DNA of 64,000 nucleotides from Heptranchias perlo (lineage: Eukaryota): contig NC_090338.1 of assembly GCF_035084215.1 (NCBI RefSeq), forward strand, positions 15,872,001-15,936,000. The letters are read 5' to 3'. Positions within the stretch are counted from its first letter, which is position 1. The number at the start of each line of letters is the position of its first letter. The notes under the pieces were generated by a model that had not been told where the DNA came from, made no database searches, and was given only the letters and a program-made list of their open reading frames with translations. Both the position numbers and the translations under genes were made by a program. Positions 41,001 to 53,000 of the stretch are shown piece by piece.

Positions 41001-44000
41001 CTGAGTCTGCAGAGTAACTCTTACTAATGAAGACATTTGAGAGGACAGTCCTGAGAGTTCCCCTGAGCTGCTGTCATGAGGGAGAATCCGCTCCTGGGAG
41101 CAGTATCTTGCTATTCCTCTGAAAGTAGGGTCAGAAGGCTGATGATTGCTGTGGGTGAATAGACTGATTGGAATCATTAGTATCTTCAAACCCCTGACAG
41201 AGAGTGTACCTGATATCCTTCAAACACTCCGAGAAGCTGCTCTGTGGAAATCTGAATCTGGTAGTCAATGATCTCTCCATTAGGTCCCCCAAGGCCTGCA
41301 AGTCATTATTAAATGCTTCTACATCAGAGACACTCAGTGGCCGAGAAGCCTCCTTGTTAAGGGGGCACATGCAGATATCAACATCCTTTTCTTCACAGCA
41401 TTCTTCCTGAGATAATCATTTATTCACTTTGGAGGCAAGGACTGACTTTTCCTTAGCCTCCACTCAGGAACATCAGGTTTTATGACATGCAGTGCAAAAT
41501 TGTCTCAGTGATTTTATGGTATCAATTAATCCTGCCACATAGCTGGCACGGCACCTACCTTTTCTTCTGTTGTCAGATTATTAAATGAAAGAAAGACTTG
41601 CATTTATATAGTACCTGTCATGATCTCTGAACATCCCAAAGAGCTTTACAACCAATGAAGTAGTTTTGAAATGTAGTCACCGATGTAATGTAGGAAACAT
41701 GGCAGCCAATTTGCGCACAGCAAGGTCCCATTAGCAGCAACATGATAATGACCAGATAATCTGTTTTTAGTGATGTAGTTTGAGGGATAAATATTGGCCA
41801 GGACACCAGAGAGAACTCCACTGTTCTTCAACACTGTCTTGTAACATTGCTGGAACCGTGTAGCAAAAGCTATTTGGATGATAGTGGGATTGGCAGCAAG
41901 TGGAAGATCTCTTGCTATATGGTTGGAGTAAGAGATCTTCCACATGCAGCCAAGCCCATTATCTTCCAAATAGCACTTGCTACACAGTTTGCAGGCTTTT
42001 TGCCTCTAACTCTCTCTGATATTGGGGGCCAGGTTTGGGGCAGATAGACCGTGTACCACAACCAGACCTTAAAACAATAGGCAGCCTGGGCCGCCAGCCA
42101 GTGTATCCAGGTCCCAGACCAAATGCTGGAATCCCAGCCAAATTATATCAGGAGGGCGCTGTTTGGCCCTGTGGAAATTCAGAACATCTGTATCTCAGTA
42201 GTTATAAAGATCTAACACCTTGTTTCCTGTCTCTCTATTGCAGATTTATATGATAAGAGATACACACTTTATCGGTCAGGCACAGATCACAGTGAACTCT
42301 ACCTGATTTGTAAAGCTCAAGCTGAGAACACTAAAACTAAATGGACTTGGAGGTCACATCATTTTCAGAATCAAGAGAAAGAAATAGCTTCTACTTTCAG
42401 ATCTCAGCCTTTGAAACTAAACAGGACCTACTTTGGGAATCGACTGGTTCCCACAATGGCAAATTTTAATGGCAAGAACTTCAGTGTGAGGATTGTCCCT
42501 GTACTGTTTGAAGATGCCGGAGTTTACACATGTTCTCTGGGATCATATAAATTTGTGACCATTAAACTAATCACAGTTAAAGGTATGAGACAGAATATTG
42601 CCGTTGTTTTCAGTGATAAAGTCATTGTTTAAAATCTAAATGATTTTCTTGTTTACACAGTCACAGCTGAACCATCTGATGCAGTGACTGAGGGAGACAC
42701 CGTTACCCTGACCTGCTCTGTCTCTGATGTCACTGAATCAATGAGACTTGTTTGGATCAATAGTGATGGCAAAACTGTTGGAGAAAAAACATTGAATGGA
42801 AGGAATGGGGAAGAGAAATCATTGAGACTGAATATTCAGAAAGTTGACAGAGGCAGAGGGAACTGGATATGTGTTTTGTTTTATCAAAACAGGCCCCTGG
42901 TTTTAGTCCCGTACTATCTGGAGTCCAGTGGTAAGTGACTCAGGGTTTGCTCTTTTTACTTATTATCACAATAGAATATTCATGTCACTTATTGTTCTTT
43001 TTGCCAGAAGTAACCCCTCCTTTATATCCTGTGTGTGAGGCTCTACCAGTGGTGCAGAGCCTCAGAAAATTTACCCTGAGATAACTCAGCACAGCCTGGG
43101 ATCGAGCCTGGAAACTTCCTGGTCTGTATGTCTCACCTACGCTCTTGGTAAAAACACTGAGCCAGGGCAAGCATTTATTTTTGACAGCAAACTGGAACGG
43201 TTTCCATCGGTTTTCTGAGTCAAAATCAATCAGAATGCCGAGGCAGAATGTCCAAAAAAATCACAGCAAAATGTAATTCCCAGCTGTAAACATTGCAATT
43301 GAAACTCTCCACTCTTCAGGCTCAGAGAAACTCTTCTTTTCTGCCTGTCTCAGCTGATCCTGGGAACATCTGTGTCTCATCACTCTCATTCTAACTTAGG
43401 GCCAGTGCATTGTGAGTGTAAAAGCAGGAAACTCAAGGCTGCAGTGTTACTGGCTCTCATTATAATATAAATAAATGAGTTCATTTGGGAACTCCACAGG
43501 CAGATCGTGGAAAGGGTAAAAATGTTCAAGGATATTGAGGTAGATTGATTTTAGGGTGGATATCCAAAGGATCCAGCTTCTGCTGCATTTTGTTGTCAAA
43601 AGAAATTACACTGGGTGTGCAGAATTGCTGAATTTACTCTGAGTCAGTGAGCATGGGTGGTCCCATTTAGATACAAAGCTGTTTACAAAAGAGACATGCT
43701 GGAATTAGGAAAAGCAGAGACAATTCCACTCTAATGTCAAGCCTACCATCCAACTTTTGTGAGTCTGTGAACATACAGTGTGTAGATATTTTATGTTGGC
43801 AGCGTGTTAAATTTTACAATGTTTCTGTGCATTTGGAAAGTGGGTGAAGAGTTGCCAGAGAGCTGTGCATTGTCCCACCTTGAAGTGCTGATAGCATGAA
43901 TTGGAAGTAAGATTATAAAAGGAGGCAAACTGTGAGCACAATTACCTCAGCAACCCTTGGAAGATCAACAAATTTCTTCCTTATCTACTCCTAGGATCAC

Positions 44001-47000
44001 TGAGCAGTGTGTAAGATGGGGGACAGGAGGGAACAGAGGAGGCAGAGGCTGCCTTGATTTTGGACAAAAATGTCCATGAGCTCTTTGCATTTTTTATCAA
44101 AGATCACAATGGAGGCTGTGGGGAAGTGAAGTCTGAAGAGGTGGTATGTGCTGGAGGAGGAGAGTTTGCAGTGGTCCAGGATGACCTGGAGTGTTAGGGA
44201 TATTTGGTCACAGGACGATGGTGTGAAATGGCCCAGAATATGCTCCCCACCATATGGAGGGTAAGAAAGTCCACCTAAAGTTCTGGAGCTTTTCTCTGCC
44301 CTTGTTGCATGAACAGATCAAATACCTGTGGAAAAGCAAAAAATGGATTTGGTTGAAACAGGCAGCTGGTTATTGCCAAGTATATAGTTCCCTCCTCATC
44401 CTTATCTACATGCTGCTCCTCGGTGACATCATGCACAGGGTCACCTTCCATATGTATGTTGAGGACACCCAGCTCTCCCTCTCCACCACTTCCCTCAAAA
44501 CCATGACTACCATTGATGGGAGAGTCTTCAGTCACAGTCTGGAATTACCATAAAATCTCTTCACCTCTCCATTTCTCCGTGCTCCTTTAAAAACATTCTC
44601 AAGACCCATATTTTTGAACGTTCAGTTACATCTCATAATTTTCACATCATTGTTTGTTGTCTTTTTATCATTTTATCTATTTTTCCACTCTTTGTGAAGA
44701 GTCTTGGAACGTTTTTTTCATTAAATGTGCAATATAAATGTAAGTTTTTGTTTTTGTTGAAGCTATGGGGGCTGAGAAACAATAATCCTTTATAATAAGT
44801 GAAAGTCACTTTCTTCTATACAGCTCCTTACTGGGCTGTGTATGTGCTGAAATGAATGATAACTAACAACTTACTGAAAACAAATTCTCCACAGTATTAA
44901 TAATTACACAGATTGGATTGAGGAGATTGCTATCTAATTTTAAAATGTTTGTTCTCCTTTCTTGCAGGAAGCCAGAATTATATTTATTTTTTCCATCAGG
45001 AAGGCAACTTTGTAATTAAAGGGCCAGATAATCCTGGAAATGGCCCCATTGTCTGGGAATGGAGACCACACTCAGGACAACAAACTACAAAGCAATTGGG
45101 TACTTTTCACAGAGAAGGTCAGCGGTGGGCCGTACAATGGAGTGATGATTACAATAATATACCAGGCATTTCTCAGAGGATACGTGAGGACTGGGGTACC
45201 CTTAATCTGAGAATCAGAAACCCCACCTTTGAACTTGCGGGATTGTTCACCTGGACTCAGACACAGCCCAGTAACAAAACCCTGAAACAGTACGAAATAT
45301 TTGGGATCAAAGGTAAGTGGGACAAGGACTAGAGAGGGTTCAACATTATGATTTTCTGTGAGTAACTCCACATATATTCCTAACAGAATGTTGGGATCCT
45401 CTATCATCCAGCACAGAATGAAGATCTCAATAAAAACAGTCAGATGAGTATGAATCCTGTCAGCATTAGAACTAGCTTATGCACTAAGGGCTTGTAATTC
45501 TGATTGTTAGCATTAGCATTTGTTTGTAAATAATTGCCCAACTTGCTAAAATTCCTGAAACAATGGCTAGGGAGGGAGTTGGAGTTGATAGCGAGGGTAC
45601 GGAGGTCGTGAAGACGGTGGAATACGATGGCTTTGGTTCTCCCAATATTTAATTGGAAGAAATTGCAGCTCATCCAAGACTAGATGTTAGACAAGCGACT
45701 TGAGAGCATAGAAGCAGTGGAGTGTTCTCGAGAGGTGGTGGAGAAGTAGAGCTGGGTGTCATCAATATACATGTGGAAGCTGACCCAATGTCTTTGGATG
45801 ATGTTGCCAAGGAGCAGCATGTAAATGAGGAAGAGGAGGGGGCCAAGGGGGACAAGTGGACACTATCTGGGAAATGTTGATTGTCAGCACGAAGCACAGC
45901 TGCTTAGCATTTGTCTGACTCAGTCTGTTTGAAGTGAAAAGAAAATTCTGAATGCAATAGTTCAGAAAGTTTATATTTATGGAAAACTAAATCTTACTTC
46001 ATTTTTTTTTCACAGTTGAGACAGATTCACAGAGGCCTGTAATGGGCAATGACATCACCCTCAGTTGTACCATCTCCAGACTCTCAGATACAGTCAGTCT
46101 TCACTGGAAACAAAGAGTCTCATCTCAGCAGAACTGGAGGAACAACACTGATGAGATCCATCTGAATAACACAGTCTATCTGATAGTCAGTACAAAAAAT
46201 CAGAATTTGTATATGTGGGAAGTGCAGGAAAATGACTCCATTGTTCTCACTGGAAGCACAAATGTTGATGTGGATCAGGGTAAGTCCAAAGCTACCTTGC
46301 AGTATGTATTAAATAGTTACTGATATAAAACTGTTCCACACAAAGTACAGGGAGCACAGAGACCACTGTGGGATTTTCCTGCAGAATGGAGTCCTTGTTT
46401 TTGCCCTGGAAAATGGGTGTAAATAAAAATGGTGACATTAAGAGCTGATGTAACCAACCAGGTGGACTCAATGGATTCTCGTCGATTCACATGTATCAAT
46501 CAAAAAGAATAAAATCCATCAATCAATAATAGAAAATGCCATTCCAGTCTATATTGGAATGGAGAAATACAAACAAATTAAAGGTGCCCAATACATGTGT
46601 TACAAGGTTAGCGTCTTTCCTTAGATAGTCTCTTGGGTACAGTGGTGCTGGTCACTCACAAAAGTGGTCTTAGTGTCTTACATTTAGGGGTTTTCTCATA
46701 CTGCCCAATATCTGACTATATGATAACATAACCCAGGGGTGTAAGAATAAGACCCCCTTTCACGTGTACATCTTTAGCCAATTTGAAGGAGGACCAAAAA
46801 AAACCTTGGTGATACAATGTAAGTAATGAATTGTTACATTGTTTCATTTAACAGCGAGTGAACATACAGAGTAACAGATATGATCAGATTCACTTATTTC
46901 AATCAGTGCAACCTGACTATGTGTATGAGTTCACAATAATGAACATGCTACGCATTCCCACACCAGGGGGTCAACTACTTGCCTTAAACAAAATGGGAGT

Positions 47001-50000
47001 GAAATTGGATAAGGCACGAACCCGGGCGTGGGGACCACGATCTGCGACTAACCCGCGCCTGGTACTTCCTGCTCAGGCAGCACGTGAGCTTCCTGCTAAT
47101 TGGCATGAAAATCAGGAAACCCGAAATGGGGCGTGGCCAGCACTCGTCACAGGCAGCCTGCATCTCTTAAAGGTGCAGGTGCACATTTTAAATGGCAGGT
47201 GCACAGTCCACTGTGAGGAGTGAAAGATGACAGGAAGGATCGCTGGACCGTTTCGAGAGCACGCCCCATGCTTCTCCGACGATGCACTGGAGGCCCTGGT
47301 GGAAGGGGTGGACGAAAGGATGTCCATCCTGTACCCACAGGGTGGTAGAAGACCCTCCAGATTCGAGCTCTGCAGGCATTGGGAGGCTATGGCCCAGGAA
47401 GCCAACGCCAGGAGCACTGCACCATGCACGTGGGTGCAGTGCCATAAGAAATTCAATGATTTGACACGAGTGGTCAAGGTAAGCGAATGAAATTGTGAAA
47501 TGGCACATCCGACCAACTGCACCACTGCTCCACACACAACACCCCCCGTCATCCACCCACCAACAAATATTGCCCATCCATATGCAATGCTGCACTCGGC
47601 ATGCTGCATCTCACCCTCACATAGTACTACACTTGCAGGTCACACAACCACCACACACAGATCACACATACTGGCAACGATTCAACCATGACAGACACAT
47701 CACCCAGACACCTTGCAGGATATTCACTGACACACGGCCTTCTGTCTTGCAGGAGAAGGTGTTGCATAACAGCCAGCAGCAGGAGTGACCTGAGGGAGGA
47801 CGGGCACGCCTACATACCTTCACCCCCATGGAGGAGACCATGCTTCGGATCATTGGGCGGGCCGTCGCTGCAGCTGTGACCACATGCCGCACTGGAGGTC
47901 CCGATGAAGGGGGTCTCTGCGTATTTAATGCTCCTTCTCGTTTTCCACATCTCATCCTCCCACAATCTTTTCTGACTCAAGTGCTGCAGGTGCTGCCAGC
48001 ACAAAAATCTTATGTGCTCCTCACCAGGGTGCACATCTCAACCTGTTTCCCTTTGTCATTGCAGATACCCAAGAACAGGAGCCGGCACCATCTGAGGAGG
48101 AGGAGGACGAGAAAGCTGAAACCACACCGTCATTTGATCTGACACTCGCATCCACCAGCTCAGAGACTGACACTGTGCATCCTTTAGAGGCTAGGTTGGA
48201 GGAGGGATCTGCATGTGGTGAGACACCGACCACAGATGCTCAGGACCCGGAGCGGGGAGAACGAATACCACAGGTGCAAGCTCGCTGGAGGGCAAGGTCG
48301 TTCACTAGTTCTGCTGTAGAGGAGTCAGATGAGGACTTCGATGGGCTCGGCTACAGAAGACGGCTGATGGACATACAGAACCAGATGCTTAGTGCACTGG
48401 AAAGCCTGCCAGGAAGCCTGTGCACAATGTCAAGGGGCATGGAGGAGCTCCAACTTGGCACAGGGCTTTGCACAGAGCTTAGAGCCCATCCTTTCCCACA
48501 TGGAACGGGTGGTCACCTCCATCAGCACACCTGTGGAACCCACCATGATGCAGCGTCTGATGGCCGATGTCGCAGCTTCCATTGCAGAACAAAAGCTGCC
48601 ATTGCATCACTAAGCGATGTGATGAAAGGTCTGCAAGCTACGGTTGAAGCTCAGACTGCTGCTATCGTGACTCTGGGGACCACTATGGAACGGGCCTCCC
48701 AGGGCATCACAGCACTCCAGCAATCCGTTCTCCAGCTGATCACCAGGAGTGCTGAGGCTTCGCCCTGTGCGAGTGGCAGTGTCGCCATGGCAGTCGAAAC
48801 TGCTGCCCTCTCTCCGGGTGACAGCATTCTTGCTCCCACCCTTGCCTTGTTGTTGCCTATCAGCCCGGCCAGATTGCTGCAGCCTATGCCGAAACGGTGC
48901 AGTCGGAAGCCGGGCCCTCCCGGCCCAGAGCTGCTCAAGGTCGTCCTCCAAGGCCATCTGCATGCTCCTCAGTTGAAGGTCAGCAGCCTTCCACCACCCA
49001 TGCTCCAGCCAACTGGAGATGGACCTCATAGGAGCACTAGGACAGGTAAAGGCACATGAAGAACAGGCATTAAGGATATGCACAAGGGTGAATAGTCTCC
49101 TTTTGTTTGCATAATTTAATTTGTTAATTGATAAATGTGACTCTGAATTTGCATTTGGTGGTGGTTTTTATTTCTGCGATGAGCTGAGGGAGAAAGCAAT
49201 GTGTAATCAGATGGAGAGCGATTTGATGATCATGTGGGAGCAGACAGGTGGGGAGTGTAGGACTGTTGGTGACTTGGGAGATGTCGTTCACATTATTGAT
49301 ACTGAGCATGGATCAGGTGAGCACACAGAGCCCTTGCAGACAAGGCCCGTGTTCCTTGTTGTCCCTTTGCATCTTCCTCCACTTCCTCCTCAGCCTCTTC
49401 CTCCTTCTCCTCCTCTTTACCCTTTGGCTCAGGGTCTTGCCAGATAATTGGTGGCAAGGGCTGGTCCCTCATGATAGCGAGGCTGTGCAGTATGCAGCAT
49501 ACCACCACGAATCTTCCCACCCGCTCAGTGGAGTACTGCAGGGCTCCTCCAGAACAGTCCAGGCAGTGGAAGCGTGTCTTTACGTAGCCTATGGTATGCT
49601 CGATGAGGTTGCGTGTGGCCTCATGGCTATCGTTGTAGGCCTGCTCTGCACATGTGCGTGCATGCAGCATCGGAGTCATGAACCACCGCATGAGGGGATA
49701 ACCCTCATCACCCAGCAGCCAGCCTTTGACTTGCCGAGCCAGTTGAACGATAGCTGGCACATTAGAATGCTGCATAATGAAGGCATCGTGACTGTCCCCA
49801 GGATAGCGGGCATCGACCTCCATGATACGATGCGTGCGGTCACACACCAGCTGCACATTCAGGGAATGGAACCCCTTACGGTTCCTGAAGATGGCCGAGT
49901 TGATATGTGGAGCACTCAAGACAATACGCATGCAGTCAATGGCACTCTGCATCATGGGAAAGCCTGCAATGCGAGAAAACCCTCGTGCTCACTCGTTCTG

Positions 50001-53000
50001 CTTGTCCCTATCAGGAGAGAACATGATGAATCTGTTGCACATCTCATACAGTGCCTCTGTGACCTCCCTTATGCAGCACTGCACTGCAAACTGTGAGATG
50101 TTGCACAGATCGCCAGCAAAGGCCTGAAAGGATCCAGAGCCATAGAAGTTCAGTGCCACAGTTACCGTCACAGCCACAGGCAATGCTGTCCTTGCCCTGC
50201 TCTGAGGCTGTAGTTGCGGCTGCAGCAGGTGACATATCTCCATCGCAACCTCTTTGGTGAACCTCAGCCATCGGATGCCCTGATCTTCACTCATGTTGAG
50301 GTAAGGGTTTGATCTCTGAAGGTCCTAATGTGATATGGCCTCCTGTTCAGTGCCCTGCGCCTCCTCCCCATCCTCCCCCTCCTCCCTCTCCTCACAGTTT
50401 GACCTGCTCTCCGTGGCCTCTCTACATGATCCCAGTCATGTTCGATGTCCAACAGGAGCCCTCGCAGATGACCATGGTTGCCAGGTATCTTGTTCAACCA
50501 CTGTTGTAACTTTCCGAACCGTAAGGCAGTACCTGGCACAACACTCTCAAATATACCCTAACAACTCTCTGTAAGTATAGGGAGCTTCAACAAACACTTC
50601 CTATTCTATGAGCAATAATCCAGCAACTAACCTGCAACACCTGCATGATCTCTTTAATAGTGCTGGTTGGGGGGGTCCTCCAGTTACTCTAAGACATGTT
50701 CAGGTGTGCGTGGTTAAGACAGTGCGTTGAGTGGAGCGTTAAGTCACAAAATGGTGTGTATCACTTTAAATCAGCTTTGCACACTGATTGTACGCAGTTT
50801 CTCCCTACTTTAAATGATGCCGGCGTTCATTCTCTGCACATGTGCTGAACCCTTTACCAAGATGGCGTCTGGCACACGTGTGTGCGCATCCAAGACGCGC
50901 TACACGACCCAATTTAGGGCCCAATTTAGCGCCCAACAACTTCTATCTACCCTCCTGCATACTAAACTTCTGAGCCCGGCCAAAGCTTGCCCTTGCATCT
51001 TTCTGTTTCAGGTTTGACTGAAGTTGCAGTCTTTGATGGATCGGCCTGTCTGCCTATGTCTCTGTCTCTATATTATCACCTTCTGTTAATAACACGAGGG
51101 GACCAGAGGTGCCCAACACAATGGGTCTGAGGCATTTATTGCTTAACAAATTGATTATTGTCTATAGATCACGGAGAAAGAACATCAAAGTTTAACTGTA
51201 AATCATTTTGACTGCCTATGTTTTATTTTAACTTGTATGAATACACTTTGCTTTAAATCCTAACATTAAAGGTTACTCTTTTTTTCAAATCCTTTCTGTG
51301 GAAAAATGGTCAAAGAATCCCAAAATGTGACAACATCATTATCGGTCTTGAACAAATTTTAAACACAATTAACTAAGAATCATGTAAGGGGTTTCTTTTT
51401 TTTTACTGTTTCTCGGGCTTATAATAGGTCAGCCAGTTATGTTTTTCCTGAGCTGCCCTGCCCGCAGTGCGGTTGCGAATCGCTTACCCCTTCCTGATTC
51501 TGAGCTGAGGACTTATCGAGTGGTAACAAAGACAGACAAACAGACCAGTGGATTTGTACAAGGAAAACCAATGTTTATTAATAAGAAAACTAAAACTACA
51601 AGGTAAACAGTATAATACAGAAGATAAAAAGAAATCGCTATGGATGTAATACAGTCTTACACTTATCGGGTTGAAAGAAACAGACACATCGAGGGAAAAT
51701 TCTAAAATCACAAGTTTAGCAATATTCCTTTAACCCCCAACCTTACACTTATGCTAGGTTGTCTTGTGGCAGCCAGAAAATTAATGCTCACCGGTGAAAA
51801 CAGATGAAAAGGCCTGGCCCCTGTGCCTGCTGCTGCCGTCGACATGTGGTTGCGAGGTTTACTGGATGGCTTCCTTCTTAGTTGCTAGCAGACAGACAGG
51901 ACAGGGCCAAGAGGCGAAGAGAGCAGCTACTACTACTACTCAGAAATATACTGGGCAGCTTCAGTTATACCCTCTTGGTAACAGGTTTTTTCATACCTTA
52001 TCAGCTTGCTTCATTGTTTGATTTAAGCACGAAACGTAAGACAAAGGACCCCATCTCTGGCCCATTTACATTATGGCCGTTTCCTGTATCGATCTGTATG
52101 CTAACTGCTTTACCATTGTTCCGAATGTACCTTGATGGTTCACCTTTTGTCCTGCGATCACTTCCTGCTCGAATTTTGATGTGTTGACCGGCCATGTTGA
52201 TAGCTTGCCTCAGGGCTAGAATGCAGCTGCATTGTTTAAAGAAACCTGTCTAGACACGAAAACCTGCCAAGTTGTTGAAAAATGCAATTTCAAATCTGCC
52301 GGTCCTCGGCCATGTGTCTGACTGCAGCCATTTTGAGAGACCTTGGATTTTTTAAAACAGTCACACCAGGGTTTCTTTAATAACTCCAATAAATCTTCGG
52401 GGTGGGGGGGAACATGTGAAATTTTGCGAATCCCTTCAATCACCACTCTGCTTACCCCTTGTTGCTTTACAATATCTCTTTTGCCCTATTCTAACACTTC
52501 TACCTGCCACTCAAAGCCTTGGGTTCTGTGATGTAGATGGCTCCTGACCTTCAGAATGAACCTCTAGGACCAGAGGTTGACCTCCTCTCAGGACTGCTGA
52601 ATCTTAGGATGGACCCACCACAAATTGCTTCTCTGGGCTTGGATCCTCAGCAGTCTGGGTCTGCAGAGAAACTCTTAGTTATTTGAGAGGACAGTCCTGA
52701 GAGTTCCCCTGAGCTGCTGTCATGAGGGAGAATAGGCTCCTGGGAACTGTCTCTTGCGATTCCTCTGAAAGAAGGGTCAGAAGGCTGATGACTGCTGGTC
52801 TGTGGGTGAACAGACCGAATGGAATCTTTAGTATCTTCAAACCCCTGACAGAGAGTGCACCTGATATCCTCCAAACACTCCGAGAAGTTGCTCTGTGGAA
52901 ATCTGAATCTGGTTGTCAATGATCTCTCCATTAGGTCTCCATTAGTAAATGTTTCCATGTTGGACACGCTCAGTAGCCTAAAAACCTCCCTGTTAAGTGG

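Larger units (their letters stand above)
46995..50934. mobile_element. Near full-length Harbinger/PIF DNA transposon (degenerate)
   Basis: TIRs gggagtgaaattgg / ccaatttagcgccc, TSD aat/aac, empty site at about 40311-40340; convergent Myb/SANT (+) and DDE transposase (-) genes. Confidence 0.88.

Noticed and set aside
37085-46760. Assembly artefact duplicating unit 2 as unit 3
   Set aside because: Copies differ by many substitutions, indels and private TE insertions.
49293-49955. Domesticated host HARBI1 gene
   Set aside because: Frameshifted, inside TIRs with a TSD, and absent from the paralogous site.
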